Shown here piece by piece: positions 31,488 through 40,038 of a stretch of DNA of 64,000 nucleotides. The translations under genes were made by a program, and so were the position numbers. A model generated the notes under the pieces. The model was given only the letters and a program-made list of their open reading frames with translations. It made no database searches and was not told the origin of the DNA. The stretch spans positions 1-64,000 of the forward strand of contig JAUVXW010000012.1 of assembly GCA_030603385.1 (NCBI GenBank), given 5' to 3'. How positions within the stretch are numbered: the first letter of the stretch is position 1; every line of letters starts with the position of its first letter. The DNA is from Promethearchaeota archaeon (GTDB taxonomy: Archaea > Asgardarchaeota > Lokiarchaeia > Sigyniarchaeales > SOKP01).

Positions 31488-32198
31488 ATGCGCCCATCCA
31501 AGTATGAATCAAGATTTAAAGCAGGAGAGTTATTAGCAAGTTTTATTAGTAAAGAAGATAAAACCCTAAATGATCTTATAATAAGAGATCCTAACTTTTT
31601 TTTTTGTTTTGCGATTCCAAATGGAGGTGTGCCAGTTACAGAGGGCTTTTGCTCTAAATATAATTTATATTATGATATATTAATAGTTCGAAAAATTAAG
31701 ATTCCCTATAATACAGAAGCAGGTTTTGGTTCTGTGACTACGGATGGGACAATTTTAATTAATGAAAAGCTATTATCCCGCTTAAATTTGTCAGAACAAG
31801 TCGTTAGAGATTCAATAGAATTAACAAAGACAGAAATCAGGGAGAGATTAAAATTCTATAATAAAGAACTTGGCTCAGAGAAATTTTATGCTAATCAAAT
31901 TCAAAAGAAACGCATTTTTATTCTTGACGATGGACTAGCTTCAGGATTTACAATGTTGGCAGCTATTAACATGATAAAGAAGTATAATCCGGAAAAAATC
32001 TATATAGCCGTTCCAACGGCACCATTAAGAACAGTTAAAAATGTTAAAACTGAAGTATATGAAATTTTTTGTCCAAATATCAGAGAAGTGTTATGGTTTG
32101 CTGTTGCTGATGCATATAAAAATTGGTATGATGTGCCTGAATCAGAGGTACTCGAATTAATCAACAATTCAAAATTCTATATTACTGAAACAGGATAA
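31488..32198 (+). CDS. Type I phosphoribosyltransferase-like protein
   Basis: IPNGGVPV, ILDDGLASG and AVPTAP motifs. Confidence 0.85.
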   Translation: MRPSKYESRFKAGELLASFISKEDKTLNDLIIRDPNFFFCFAIPNGGVPVTEGFCSKYNLYYDILIVRKIKIPYNTEAGFGSVTTDGTILINEKLLSRLNLSEQVVRDSIELTKTEIRERLKFYNKELGSEKFYANQIQKKRIFILDDGLASGFTMLAAINMIKKYNPEKIYIAVPTAPLRTVKNVKTEVYEIFCPNIREVLWFAVADAYKNWYDVPESEVLELINNSKFYITETG

Positions 32199-32263
32199 GG
32201 ATAATAATACCATTTGATTTTAAGATGATACGATATTAAAAGAAAAGTAAAAAAAAATAAATT

Positions 32264-32539
32264 TTAGGCACTAAGCAAACGGAACAATATTGAAGCATGT
32301 GGTATAAAGAACTCATCTTTCCTCTTTATCACCACTGTGTGAAAATACTCAGCAAGGCCGAGAAAACCTCGAATTACTGATTCATCTTCTTCAAACCTGA
32401 AAATTACTGAAGCGATAGCTGCTCCCGTACTGAAATTGACCTTATCATACACTCTCTCATCAATCAAAGGAATTTTGAGTTCATTGACAATTTCATAGAC
32501 CCTTTTTATGAAAAGTTCTCTCTTTGGCATTTTAATCAA
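32264..32539 (-). CDS. Hypothetical protein
   Basis: 91-aa ORF with normal composition. Confidence 0.6.
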   Translation of the reverse strand: MIKMPKRELFIKRVYEIVNELKIPLIDERVYDKVNFSTGAAIASVIFRFEEDESVIRGFLGLAEYFHTVVIKRKDEFFIPHASILFRLLSA

Positions 32540-32795
32540 CTTTTTTATATTAATTCAATTCAGAAGAAATTTTTAGATGATTGAATTTTTTAATAATTTT
32601 TATGATATATAATATTATTAGGTTTTTTAATAATTAACGTTTTTTTAAAATTATAGAATATTTAGAATTTCAGATTCATTCACGGATGGAATAAAAATAT
32701 AAATACATATTAATATAACTTAAGTATAAAAGTTATTACTTAGTAATAAAAAAATTTATCAAATTTTCAATAATAGCAGAGGAATTGAGTAGAAC

Positions 32796-33494
32796 GTGGT
32801 TTCAAAAGAGCATAAAAAAATCGAACGCGTTATAAATTTTATGAAAAAGGGGTTAACTTCTTTAGCTGATGATCTCGATGAAACAGTTAAAGGAATTAAT
32901 GATTTTATTAAATCTTTGGGTAAAGCTCAAAAGGATTTGAAGGAAATTACTGTTGGAGAAGTAATCCAAACAGTCAGTACTTCCTCGAAAAAAGTAGTAA
33001 CAACCTCAACTGGCGAAGCGAAAACAGCAGCAGCTAGTACATTATTCACTTTATTGAGTGGAAGTGGTGGAGCACCCGCACCAGCAACACCTGCAGCTCC
33101 ACCTGTGTCCGCAGTACCTGCACCACCTGCACCCCCTAGTGGAGGTGGGCCCCCAACTGCCCCACCAACTGGGCCACCGAAGGCAGGAGGAAGTCCTCCT
33201 AAAAGACCCAATTTACCACCAGCACCAAGATTACCACCTAGTGGCGGTGGACCCCCAAAAGCACCTAGTGGACCACCCGGTGCACCACCAAAAGCCCCTG
33301 CTTTTGCTAAAAGACCAGTAACGCCTGGTGCCCCACCCAGTGGAGGACCCCCTAGTGCGGGACCACCCAAACCCCCAGGAGCTCCAGCAGCAGCACCCGC
33401 GGCTGCAGCACAAGTCGGTGGAGGTTTAGGCTCACTAAGAGATGAAATGTTGGACGAGTTGAATAGATTAAAGAAAATTATGCGCGGAGAGTGA
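32796..33494 (+). CDS. Coiled-coil / Pro-rich / C-terminal WH2-like helix protein
   Basis: N-terminal heptad helix, P/G/A-rich linker, C-terminus SLRDEMLDELNRLKKIMRGE. Confidence 0.8.
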   Translation: MVSKEHKKIERVINFMKKGLTSLADDLDETVKGINDFIKSLGKAQKDLKEITVGEVIQTVSTSSKKVVTTSTGEAKTAAASTLFTLLSGSGGAPAPATPAAPPVSAVPAPPAPPSGGGPPTAPPTGPPKAGGSPPKRPNLPPAPRLPPSGGGPPKAPSGPPGAPPKAPAFAKRPVTPGAPPSGGPPSAGPPKPPGAPAAAPAAAAQVGGGLGSLRDEMLDELNRLKKIMRGE

Positions 33495-33536
33495 CCAATT
33501 CTTCGGTCTGGCAGAGTTGGTCAACACGGTTCGCAT
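33480..33536. other. GC-rich stem-loop starting at the TGA stop of 32796..33494
   Basis: TGACCAATTCT (33492-33502) pairs with AGAGTTGGTCA (33513-33523) with one G-U; outer ATGCG/CGCAT stem. Confidence 0.55.
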
Positions 33537-33550
33537 CCAAGGCAATAAGT

Positions 33551-33896
33551 TTAACAGAAATACGTCCTACTCCATGTAAAAGCTTTTTTTCTTAAAATAT
33601 ATTTTTCTCTAATTTTCTGATTAATTTTGAGACATATATTAACTTGAGAGTGTTCTTCGCCCCTCACGGCAAAACAATAGCAATCAAGCTGGTTATGAGA
33701 ATTAAAGACCTGTACTGCATTTCCAAGCGTAATCACCACAATGTCAGATTCTTCTATATCATCTTTCGCATTAGATACTTGCCTTTCTAATAACCCTAAT
33801 CGCTCCAGTATTCTTTCTAACAAATCTCCAGAAAAAGCTAAAAGATTCTTTGATTCTGTACAGGCAGACTTGGAAGAATTGAATGATGAAGATTAA
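33551..33896. pseudogene. Gene-fragment debris on both strands
   Basis: Minus strand has a beta-strand-like DIEESDIVVITLGNA fragment with no clean start; plus strand has an orphan C-terminus ...KRFFDSVQADLEELNDED*. Confidence 0.4.
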
Positions 33897-33922
33897 ATAC
33901 GCTAGTAAAATATATTAATATA
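33849..33922 (+). repeat. 74-bp imperfect direct repeat, copy 1
   Basis: 66/74 identical to 36562..36635 by manual alignment. Confidence 0.9.
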
Positions 33923-33997
33923 TTTGGATTAAATTTCAGGATTGCCACTAACTATTTTATATAACATAAGTTATAGATCTATGTTCTGATTACATAA

Positions 33998-36574
33998 GTG
34001 TTAAATACAAAAGATCCAATTCTTTATTATAATTCAATGACTTTTTTGTGGAATCGAATGAAAGAACACACAATATCAAAATTAGTTTTAATTATAGTAG
34101 GAATATTATTTGCTTCAATACATATTAATGGCAATAAGAAAGTTCTTAATATTATAAATGAAGAAAATCAAATTGAAAGAGATTATTTAGAAAGTGCTAA
34201 TGATAATTGGGAGCCAGAACTCACTAGATCTGTTGGAGATGAGCCTCATAGTGTGTTTGTTGGTGATGCGAATAATGATGGGTATAACGATATTGTAACC
34301 TCTAATGTGAATGATGATGATGTTTCAATTCTTTTATGGAATCCAATCTCGAGCGATTGGTATGCACAATTCACGAAACCTGTTGGTGATGGACCTGATG
34401 AAGTTTTTATTGGTGATGCGAATAATGATAGGTATAATGATATTGTAACCGTTAATATGTTTAGTGATGATGTCTCAATTTTATTATGGAATCCAATCTC
34501 GGGTGATTGGGATCCACAAATTACAAAAGCAGTCGGAGATTGGCCTTCAGGCCTATTTATAGGAGATGCAAATAATGATGGGTATAATGATATTATAAAC
34601 ACCAATAGCCAACTTGATGACACTGTTTCAATTCTTTTATGGAATCCAGCATCGGGTGATTGGGATCCACAAATTACAAAATCTGTTGGAAATGGTCCTT
34701 CAAGCTCATTTATAGGTGATGCGAATAATGATGGGTATAATGATATAGTAACCGCTAATTTTTATGATGACGATGTTTCAATTCTTTTATGGAATCCAAT
34801 ATCAGGAGATTGGGATGCACAATTCACGAAAACTGTTGGAGATACTCCTACTAGTGTTTTTATTGGTGATGCGAATAATGATGGGTACAATGATATTGCA
34901 GCCGCAAGTTTTGGGTATGATTATGTCTCAATTCTTTTATGGAATCCAATATCGGGAGATTGGGACGAACAACTCAAGGGACCTGTTGGGGATCAACCTG
35001 TTTGTGTTTTTATTGGTGATGCGAATAATGATGGGTATAATGATATTGTAAGTGCTAATCAATGGGATGATACTGCTTCAGTTATTTTATGGAATCCGAT
35101 ATCGGGTGATTGGGATGCACAATTCACGAAACCTGTTGGAGAACATCCTTATAGTGTTTCTATTGGTGATGCGAATAATGATGGGTATAATGATATTGTA
35201 ACCGCAAATATTGTGGATGATGATATTTCTATTTATTTATGGCGTTATGTGACACCTTCCATTGTGTTACAAACACCAGAAAATAAAGTTTATAAAGCCC
35301 CGATGAGCGGATATTATCCTGCAACCTATGGATTTGAAAAAAGCGAGATTGGAACTGTTCCGAAAGGATGGTTAAATACTAGTGAATCAGGATGTTCAGT
35401 GGAAGTTATTGAAGAAGTTGGGAATCATAGAAATGTTGTTGAGCTTTATGATCATAGTAATACAACAAGAAGCCACATTTTTAATTCTTTTTCATTGAAA
35501 TCTCATGGTACAGTTGAATTTTACATGAGGGCTACCAGTGTGGGATGGTTCTCAGAAGTTTATCTAAGTAAGGAGGGTACTCATTTATTTAGGGTATTGT
35601 TTGGTGGTCATTACCTCCGAATTTTTAACAATACACAAATTGTAAACTTACTAAATGTGAGTACTCATCAGTGGTATCACATACGCGTTGATTTCCGATG
35701 TAGAGCCGCTCCTGAATACATGGGATTGAATGAGAAGCGATTCAAGATTCATGTTAACGGTCAGGAGTTCGGGCCATATATCATATACAATGACCGCTCA
35801 CACGCGGGAGTGAATAGGATGAATGTCTGGACGGGGGAATACCAACACGATTATCGTTTATATGTGGATGATATTGGATATTCATGGGATCCCAATTATG
35901 ATATCGGAGATAATTTGAATGAGGGATTATTGCTTAGTTTTGATAAGAATTACCCATTTAATTGGATAGGGTATTCTATTGATGGGCTTGCTAGTAAAGC
36001 AATTCTGGGTAATGTATCAATTCCTTTTCCCGAAGATGGTCCACATTCAATACTAGTATTCGGTAAGGATTCTATTGGAAATCTCTATCAATCAGATCCA
36101 AGAAATTTTTCAGTTGATACCCAAATCCCTGAATTCATACAGGTAGAGATTATTTACCAATTTTATTCATTGGATCATTTTAATATAACACTTTTCGTGT
36201 CTGATGAGTATGAAAAGGGTTTAGGGACAGCAAATATTAAAATGTGGTGGGATGGAAATAATGTCTCTGATGATGTTAGAAATTTAGGAGATGGTTATTA
36301 TTTCATTTCATTAGAACCTATAACAATCCCTCCAGGGGAAGATCCAATCTTATTAAACATGACAATCTCTGCCACCGGATATAAAGATGAATACTTCGAA
36401 GCATATATTACCATAGATCCTGATACTTTGGATAAAAATCTCGGAAAAAGTCCTCCAGACGTTCTACTCTTAATACTCATTATAGCAATCACATCAATCA
36501 TAGGGGGAATCGGAGTAGCAGTAATTACCGTATTTCTATTGCGAAAAAAAAGCCGATTAAATTTGATACTGTAA
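33998..36574 (+). CDS. FG-GAP/VCBS 7-repeat beta-propeller surface protein with lectin-like and Ig-like stalk domains and C-terminal TM
   Basis: Seven GDANNDGYNDI repeats; N-terminal hydrophobic signal (start probably later than annotated); C-terminal TM plus RKK. Confidence 0.85.
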   Translation: MLNTKDPILYYNSMTFLWNRMKEHTISKLVLIIVGILFASIHINGNKKVLNIINEENQIERDYLESANDNWEPELTRSVGDEPHSVFVGDANNDGYNDIVTSNVNDDDVSILLWNPISSDWYAQFTKPVGDGPDEVFIGDANNDRYNDIVTVNMFSDDVSILLWNPISGDWDPQITKAVGDWPSGLFIGDANNDGYNDIINTNSQLDDTVSILLWNPASGDWDPQITKSVGNGPSSSFIGDANNDGYNDIVTANFYDDDVSILLWNPISGDWDAQFTKTVGDTPTSVFIGDANNDGYNDIAAASFGYDYVSILLWNPISGDWDEQLKGPVGDQPVCVFIGDANNDGYNDIVSANQWDDTASVILWNPISGDWDAQFTKPVGEHPYSVSIGDANNDGYNDIVTANIVDDDISIYLWRYVTPSIVLQTPENKVYKAPMSGYYPATYGFEKSEIGTVPKGWLNTSESGCSVEVIEEVGNHRNVVELYDHSNTTRSHIFNSFSLKSHGTVEFYMRATSVGWFSEVYLSKEGTHLFRVLFGGHYLRIFNNTQIVNLLNVSTHQWYHIRVDFRCRAAPEYMGLNEKRFKIHVNGQEFGPYIIYNDRSHAGVNRMNVWTGEYQHDYRLYVDDIGYSWDPNYDIGDNLNEGLLLSFDKNYPFNWIGYSIDGLASKAILGNVSIPFPEDGPHSILVFGKDSIGNLYQSDPRNFSVDTQIPEFIQVEIIYQFYSLDHFNITLFVSDEYEKGLGTANIKMWWDGNNVSDDVRNLGDGYYFISLEPITIPPGEDPILLNMTISATGYKDEYFEAYITIDPDTLDKNLGKSPPDVLLLILIIAITSIIGGIGVAVITVFLLRKKSRLNLIL
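34205..35245 (+). repeat. Coding tandem repeat, 7 units of 150 nt (one of 153 nt)
   Basis: GDANNDG-encoding cores start at 34262, 34412, 34562, 34715, 34865, 35015 and 35165. Confidence 0.92.
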
Positions 36575-36635
36575 AGGCAGATTTGGAAGAATTGAATGAT
36601 GAAGATTAGATTCACTAGTAGAATGTATTAATATA
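36562..36635 (+). repeat. 74-bp imperfect direct repeat, copy 2 (overlaps the FG-GAP gene stop)
   Basis: Matches 33849..33922. Confidence 0.9.
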
Positions 36636-36719
36636 AATCAGTTGTTCAATTTTTTCTTTATATATTTTCCTTCTATTAGTTCATAAAATCGGTTTTAATG
36701 TGAAGTATAAGTGCCTGCG

Positions 36720-36950
36720 ATGCAAGATCCTCATAGAAAAAGAACCTTCACCCTCATCCTTTCTCTTTATTTTAGTATCTATTTTTGCTTAAGTACGATT
36801 CCCGCTAATATTGACAACTTAATTGCTACGTTTGGAGATATCGCCCAATTTGGAATAGGCATAGTGATAATCTGTAAATTACTAGCAGGTACAATCAGCA
36901 TGCTTTTATTTGGATACTATACCGAATATTTTTCAAGAAGAAGTTTAATT
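36720..36950 (+). pseudogene. Truncated N-terminus of an MFS-like transporter
   Basis: Two TM helices ending LLFGYYTEYFSRR (resembles MFS motif A, GxxxDxxxRR), then the frame degenerates. Confidence 0.55.
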
Positions 36951-37009
36951 AAACTGTGTATCGAAAACTATTCATTAATTTTAAATACTTTTAAAGCAGA
37001 AATAAAGAT

Positions 37010-38173
37010 ATGTCAAACGAAATAGAAGTAAAAGGTAATACTGATCCAAAATTTGAGACTATAAAAGACGTGTTTAAGGAGAATTTTAAGGAATTTAACG
37101 AAATAGGTGCATCTTTTGCAGTTTTTCTAGACAACAAATTCGTTGTAGATATTTGGGGGGGATATTCAAACCCAGAAAAAACTAAACTATGGAATAAAGA
37201 TTCAATCACTAAAGTATATTCGACTAATAAAATTATAACTGCCATTTGTGCTCTTATTCTAGTAGATAAAGAATTATTAGATCTGGATGCACCCGTTGCA
37301 AAGTACTGGCCCGAATTTGCGCAATCGGGTAAGGAAAAATTACCTGTACGTTATCTATTTAGTCATTCAGCAGGTCTTCCTGGTTTTGATGAAAAAATTA
37401 CAGTTGAGGATTTGAAAGATTGGAACAAAATAGTCAATATTTTAGCAAGACAAAAACCGTGGTGGGAACCTGGAACAAAAATAGGTTACCATGCAACTAC
37501 CATGTATTATTTACTTGGAGAATTGGTGAGGAGGATATCAGGAAAACCAATAAGTCAATTTTTCGGAGAAGAAATCGCAGAACCCTTCAATGTTGATTAT
37601 CATATCATGTTGCCAGAAAAATTCAGAACAAACTTCGCAGATATGATTCCCGCAAGTAGTTCGATAAGTTCGATTGTATGGGAAAATATTGATCGTAACT
37701 CAGTTATTTTTAGAGTTTGGTCTAATCCGGATTTAAGTAACGTACATGATAATGATTCAATATGGTTTGATATTGAAACTCGAGGCTTTGGCAATGCAAG
37801 ATCCGTAGCAAAGATAGGATCAATTATCGCTAACGGGGGAATTTTGGATGGAACTCAAATTTTATCAGCAAAAACGATTGCAAAATCTATAGAAGAACAA
37901 ATTTTTGACATTGATCTCGTATTGGCCGCTAAAATTCGATATGGATTGGGTTGGGGGCTGAAAACTGATTATCATTCTTTTCCGAATCCAAATACGGCTT
38001 ACTGGGGGGGCATGGGAGGGTCTTCACTCATAATGGATTTAGATAATAAGATGAGCATAGCGTACGTTATGAACCAGATGCGGACTCAACCATTGAATGA
38101 AACCCGAAAAAATAGATACACCTCCGATAGTAGGGGAAATCGTCTTGTAAAGAAAATTTACGAGCTTTTTTAA
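37010..38173 (+). CDS. Serine hydrolase, beta-lactamase class C / family VIII esterase
   Basis: SxxK (STNK), HSAGL, PWWEPG, YHA and WGGMGGS motifs. Confidence 0.9.
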   Translation: MSNEIEVKGNTDPKFETIKDVFKENFKEFNEIGASFAVFLDNKFVVDIWGGYSNPEKTKLWNKDSITKVYSTNKIITAICALILVDKELLDLDAPVAKYWPEFAQSGKEKLPVRYLFSHSAGLPGFDEKITVEDLKDWNKIVNILARQKPWWEPGTKIGYHATTMYYLLGELVRRISGKPISQFFGEEIAEPFNVDYHIMLPEKFRTNFADMIPASSSISSIVWENIDRNSVIFRVWSNPDLSNVHDNDSIWFDIETRGFGNARSVAKIGSIIANGGILDGTQILSAKTIAKSIEEQIFDIDLVLAAKIRYGLGWGLKTDYHSFPNPNTAYWGGMGGSSLIMDLDNKMSIAYVMNQMRTQPLNETRKNRYTSDSRGNRLVKKIYELF

Positions 38174-38427
38174 AATTTTTTTTACAATAAAGCCTTAAAT
38201 GATTTTCTGATATTTTTACCTTTACAAGAAATATTATGTCCTTAACGTATTGATATTATAAAATTTTTTAAAGATAAAAAAGAGTCTTATATTAAAGGTC
38301 AGAAAGAGTCTTAGAAACGATATATTCATCATAGAAAGTTTTGTTAGTGTAATATTAATTAAGATATTTAGGATTATAATATAATATTAGAAATTAAATA
38401 GTAGACAAGATATTTTCGAAGGGAAGA

Positions 38428-39549
38428 ATGGGAAATCTTACTGTCGTAATGGATATAGGCCAGTTTTCTACCAAAATAGGATTTGCAGGAGAAGATTCAC
38501 CTAATCAAGTATTTTTAACGATGGTTGGGAAACCAAAATATCAAAGCGTAAGCATCGATTATGCACCTCCAAAAGCTCGAGAAGAAGATTTTTATGTGGG
38601 GGATGAAATCCAATCTATCGGTTTATATAAGATTTTTCACCCTATTGAAAAAGGGATTATTATTGATTGGAAGCATTTTGAAAACATTATAGATTATATC
38701 TTTTATAACTTAAGAGTTGATCCTACTCTTGTTAATGTACTATTCTCAGTTCATCCATTGTTTCCATACAAAGATTTAGAAAAAATTTTTGAGCTCTTTT
38801 TAGAAAAGTATCAATGTATGGCATTCTATCCTGTTTTAGGCTCAATGTTAACCTTATATTCAGGAGGATTCCAAACAGGATTGATTATCGAAATTGGGGA
38901 TAGTAATACAAGAATTGTTCCAATCTATGAAGGTTATAAGTTGGAACATGCAGTAAGAATTTTAGATATTGGAGGGAGAGTTTTAACTCACTATATGGAA
39001 CAAATATTAGAATCTATTGGTTGGTCTGTTGATTCATCTATTCGAAGAGAACTAGTTAGGGTATTAAAAGAGAAAGCTTGTTTTGTTTCATTAGACTATA
39101 AAGAAGACTTAAAAAGAAGTGAACAATATAATAAAGAATACTCTTTACCGGATGGTTCTACAATCTCATTGAGTAATGAAAGATTTATGGTACCTGAATT
39201 ATTATTTAATCCGTCTTCTGAATTAGAGGAGGACTCACTGCCAGTGGCAGTTATGGATGTAGTGGAAGCTTGTGATTTAGATATACGTCCGGAATTATTG
39301 AACAATATTTTTTTATCGGGAGGTTCTTCGATGTTTCCAAATTTAAAATCAAGAATGTATCAAGAATTGGAACTCGAATTAGCCAGGAGGAAAAAGAAAA
39401 ATCAGGTTGTAAGAATCATTGCCCCAAGAGAGAGAACTTTTTCTGTTTGGGTAGGAGGCTCTATTCTAGCTATGATACCAGAATTCTCAGAAAATTGGGT
39501 AACTAGAGAAAAGTATTTTAAAGAAGGAATTCCCCCAAATTTGTTATAG
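38428..39549 (+). CDS. Actin-family protein (divergent Asgard actin/ARP)
   Basis: KIGFAGED, PIEKG, LPDG, ERF.VPELLF.P, LSGGSSMFP and SVWVGGSILA motifs. Confidence 0.93.
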   Translation: MGNLTVVMDIGQFSTKIGFAGEDSPNQVFLTMVGKPKYQSVSIDYAPPKAREEDFYVGDEIQSIGLYKIFHPIEKGIIIDWKHFENIIDYIFYNLRVDPTLVNVLFSVHPLFPYKDLEKIFELFLEKYQCMAFYPVLGSMLTLYSGGFQTGLIIEIGDSNTRIVPIYEGYKLEHAVRILDIGGRVLTHYMEQILESIGWSVDSSIRRELVRVLKEKACFVSLDYKEDLKRSEQYNKEYSLPDGSTISLSNERFMVPELLFNPSSELEEDSLPVAVMDVVEACDLDIRPELLNNIFLSGGSSMFPNLKSRMYQELELELARRKKKNQVVRIIAPRERTFSVWVGGSILAMIPEFSENWVTREKYFKEGIPPNLL

Positions 39550-39659
39550 AACGTGTTTCTACTCTTTTTTTGTAACACTGTGATATTACATTTAAATATA
39601 TAATTTTGCTCAATATTTATTCATAATACAAATATTCTCCTTTAAAGGTCCTTTAAAAG

Positions 39660-39998
39660 ATGGAAGAATTTAAAAACGACAATTTTTATAAACCTGGTTA
39701 TTCCATTTTATTTAATAAAATCAAAGATATCAAAACTCCAATAAAAAATGAAATTCTTATGTCTCTATTAGATGGTCATTGGCATTCTGAGCTTGAATTA
39801 ATAAGAATTACTAAGAAACAACATGGATTTATTGGTGCGGTTACTTTAGGAACTATGATAAACTCGTTGAACCACATGATTAAAAATAATTATTTGGAAA
39901 AGAAGATAGTAAATAATAAACTTTACTACAAAATTTCAGATAATTACGTAGGCTTAACTAGAGCAGCTTATCGATTTGATGCAAAGCGGTTCTTTTAG
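39660..39998 (+). CDS. Putative winged-helix protein
   Basis: ILMSL...ELIR...L..LEKK....YYKI helix/wing pattern. Confidence 0.55.
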   Translation: MEEFKNDNFYKPGYSILFNKIKDIKTPIKNEILMSLLDGHWHSELELIRITKKQHGFIGAVTLGTMINSLNHMIKNNYLEKKIVNNKLYYKISDNYVGLTRAAYRFDAKRFF

Positions 39999-40038
39999 AA
40001 ATAAATGAAGTTTTGTTTGATTAGAAAATAAGTTAAAT

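Noticed and set aside
32927-33413. Gly-rich/collagen-like and Cys/Trp-rich ORFs (32927..33370, 33058..33321, 33231..33413)
   Set aside because: Antisense or alternate-frame shadows of CCN-rich proline codons
33480-33548. Hairpin as a SECIS element or intact tRNA
   Set aside because: No UGA/GA kink-turn quartet or apical AA; no acceptor stem or anticodon arm could be built
34205-35245. Regularly spaced repeats as a CRISPR array
   Set aside because: Period is 150/153 nt, in frame, and encodes FG-GAP blades; no unique spacers and no cas genes
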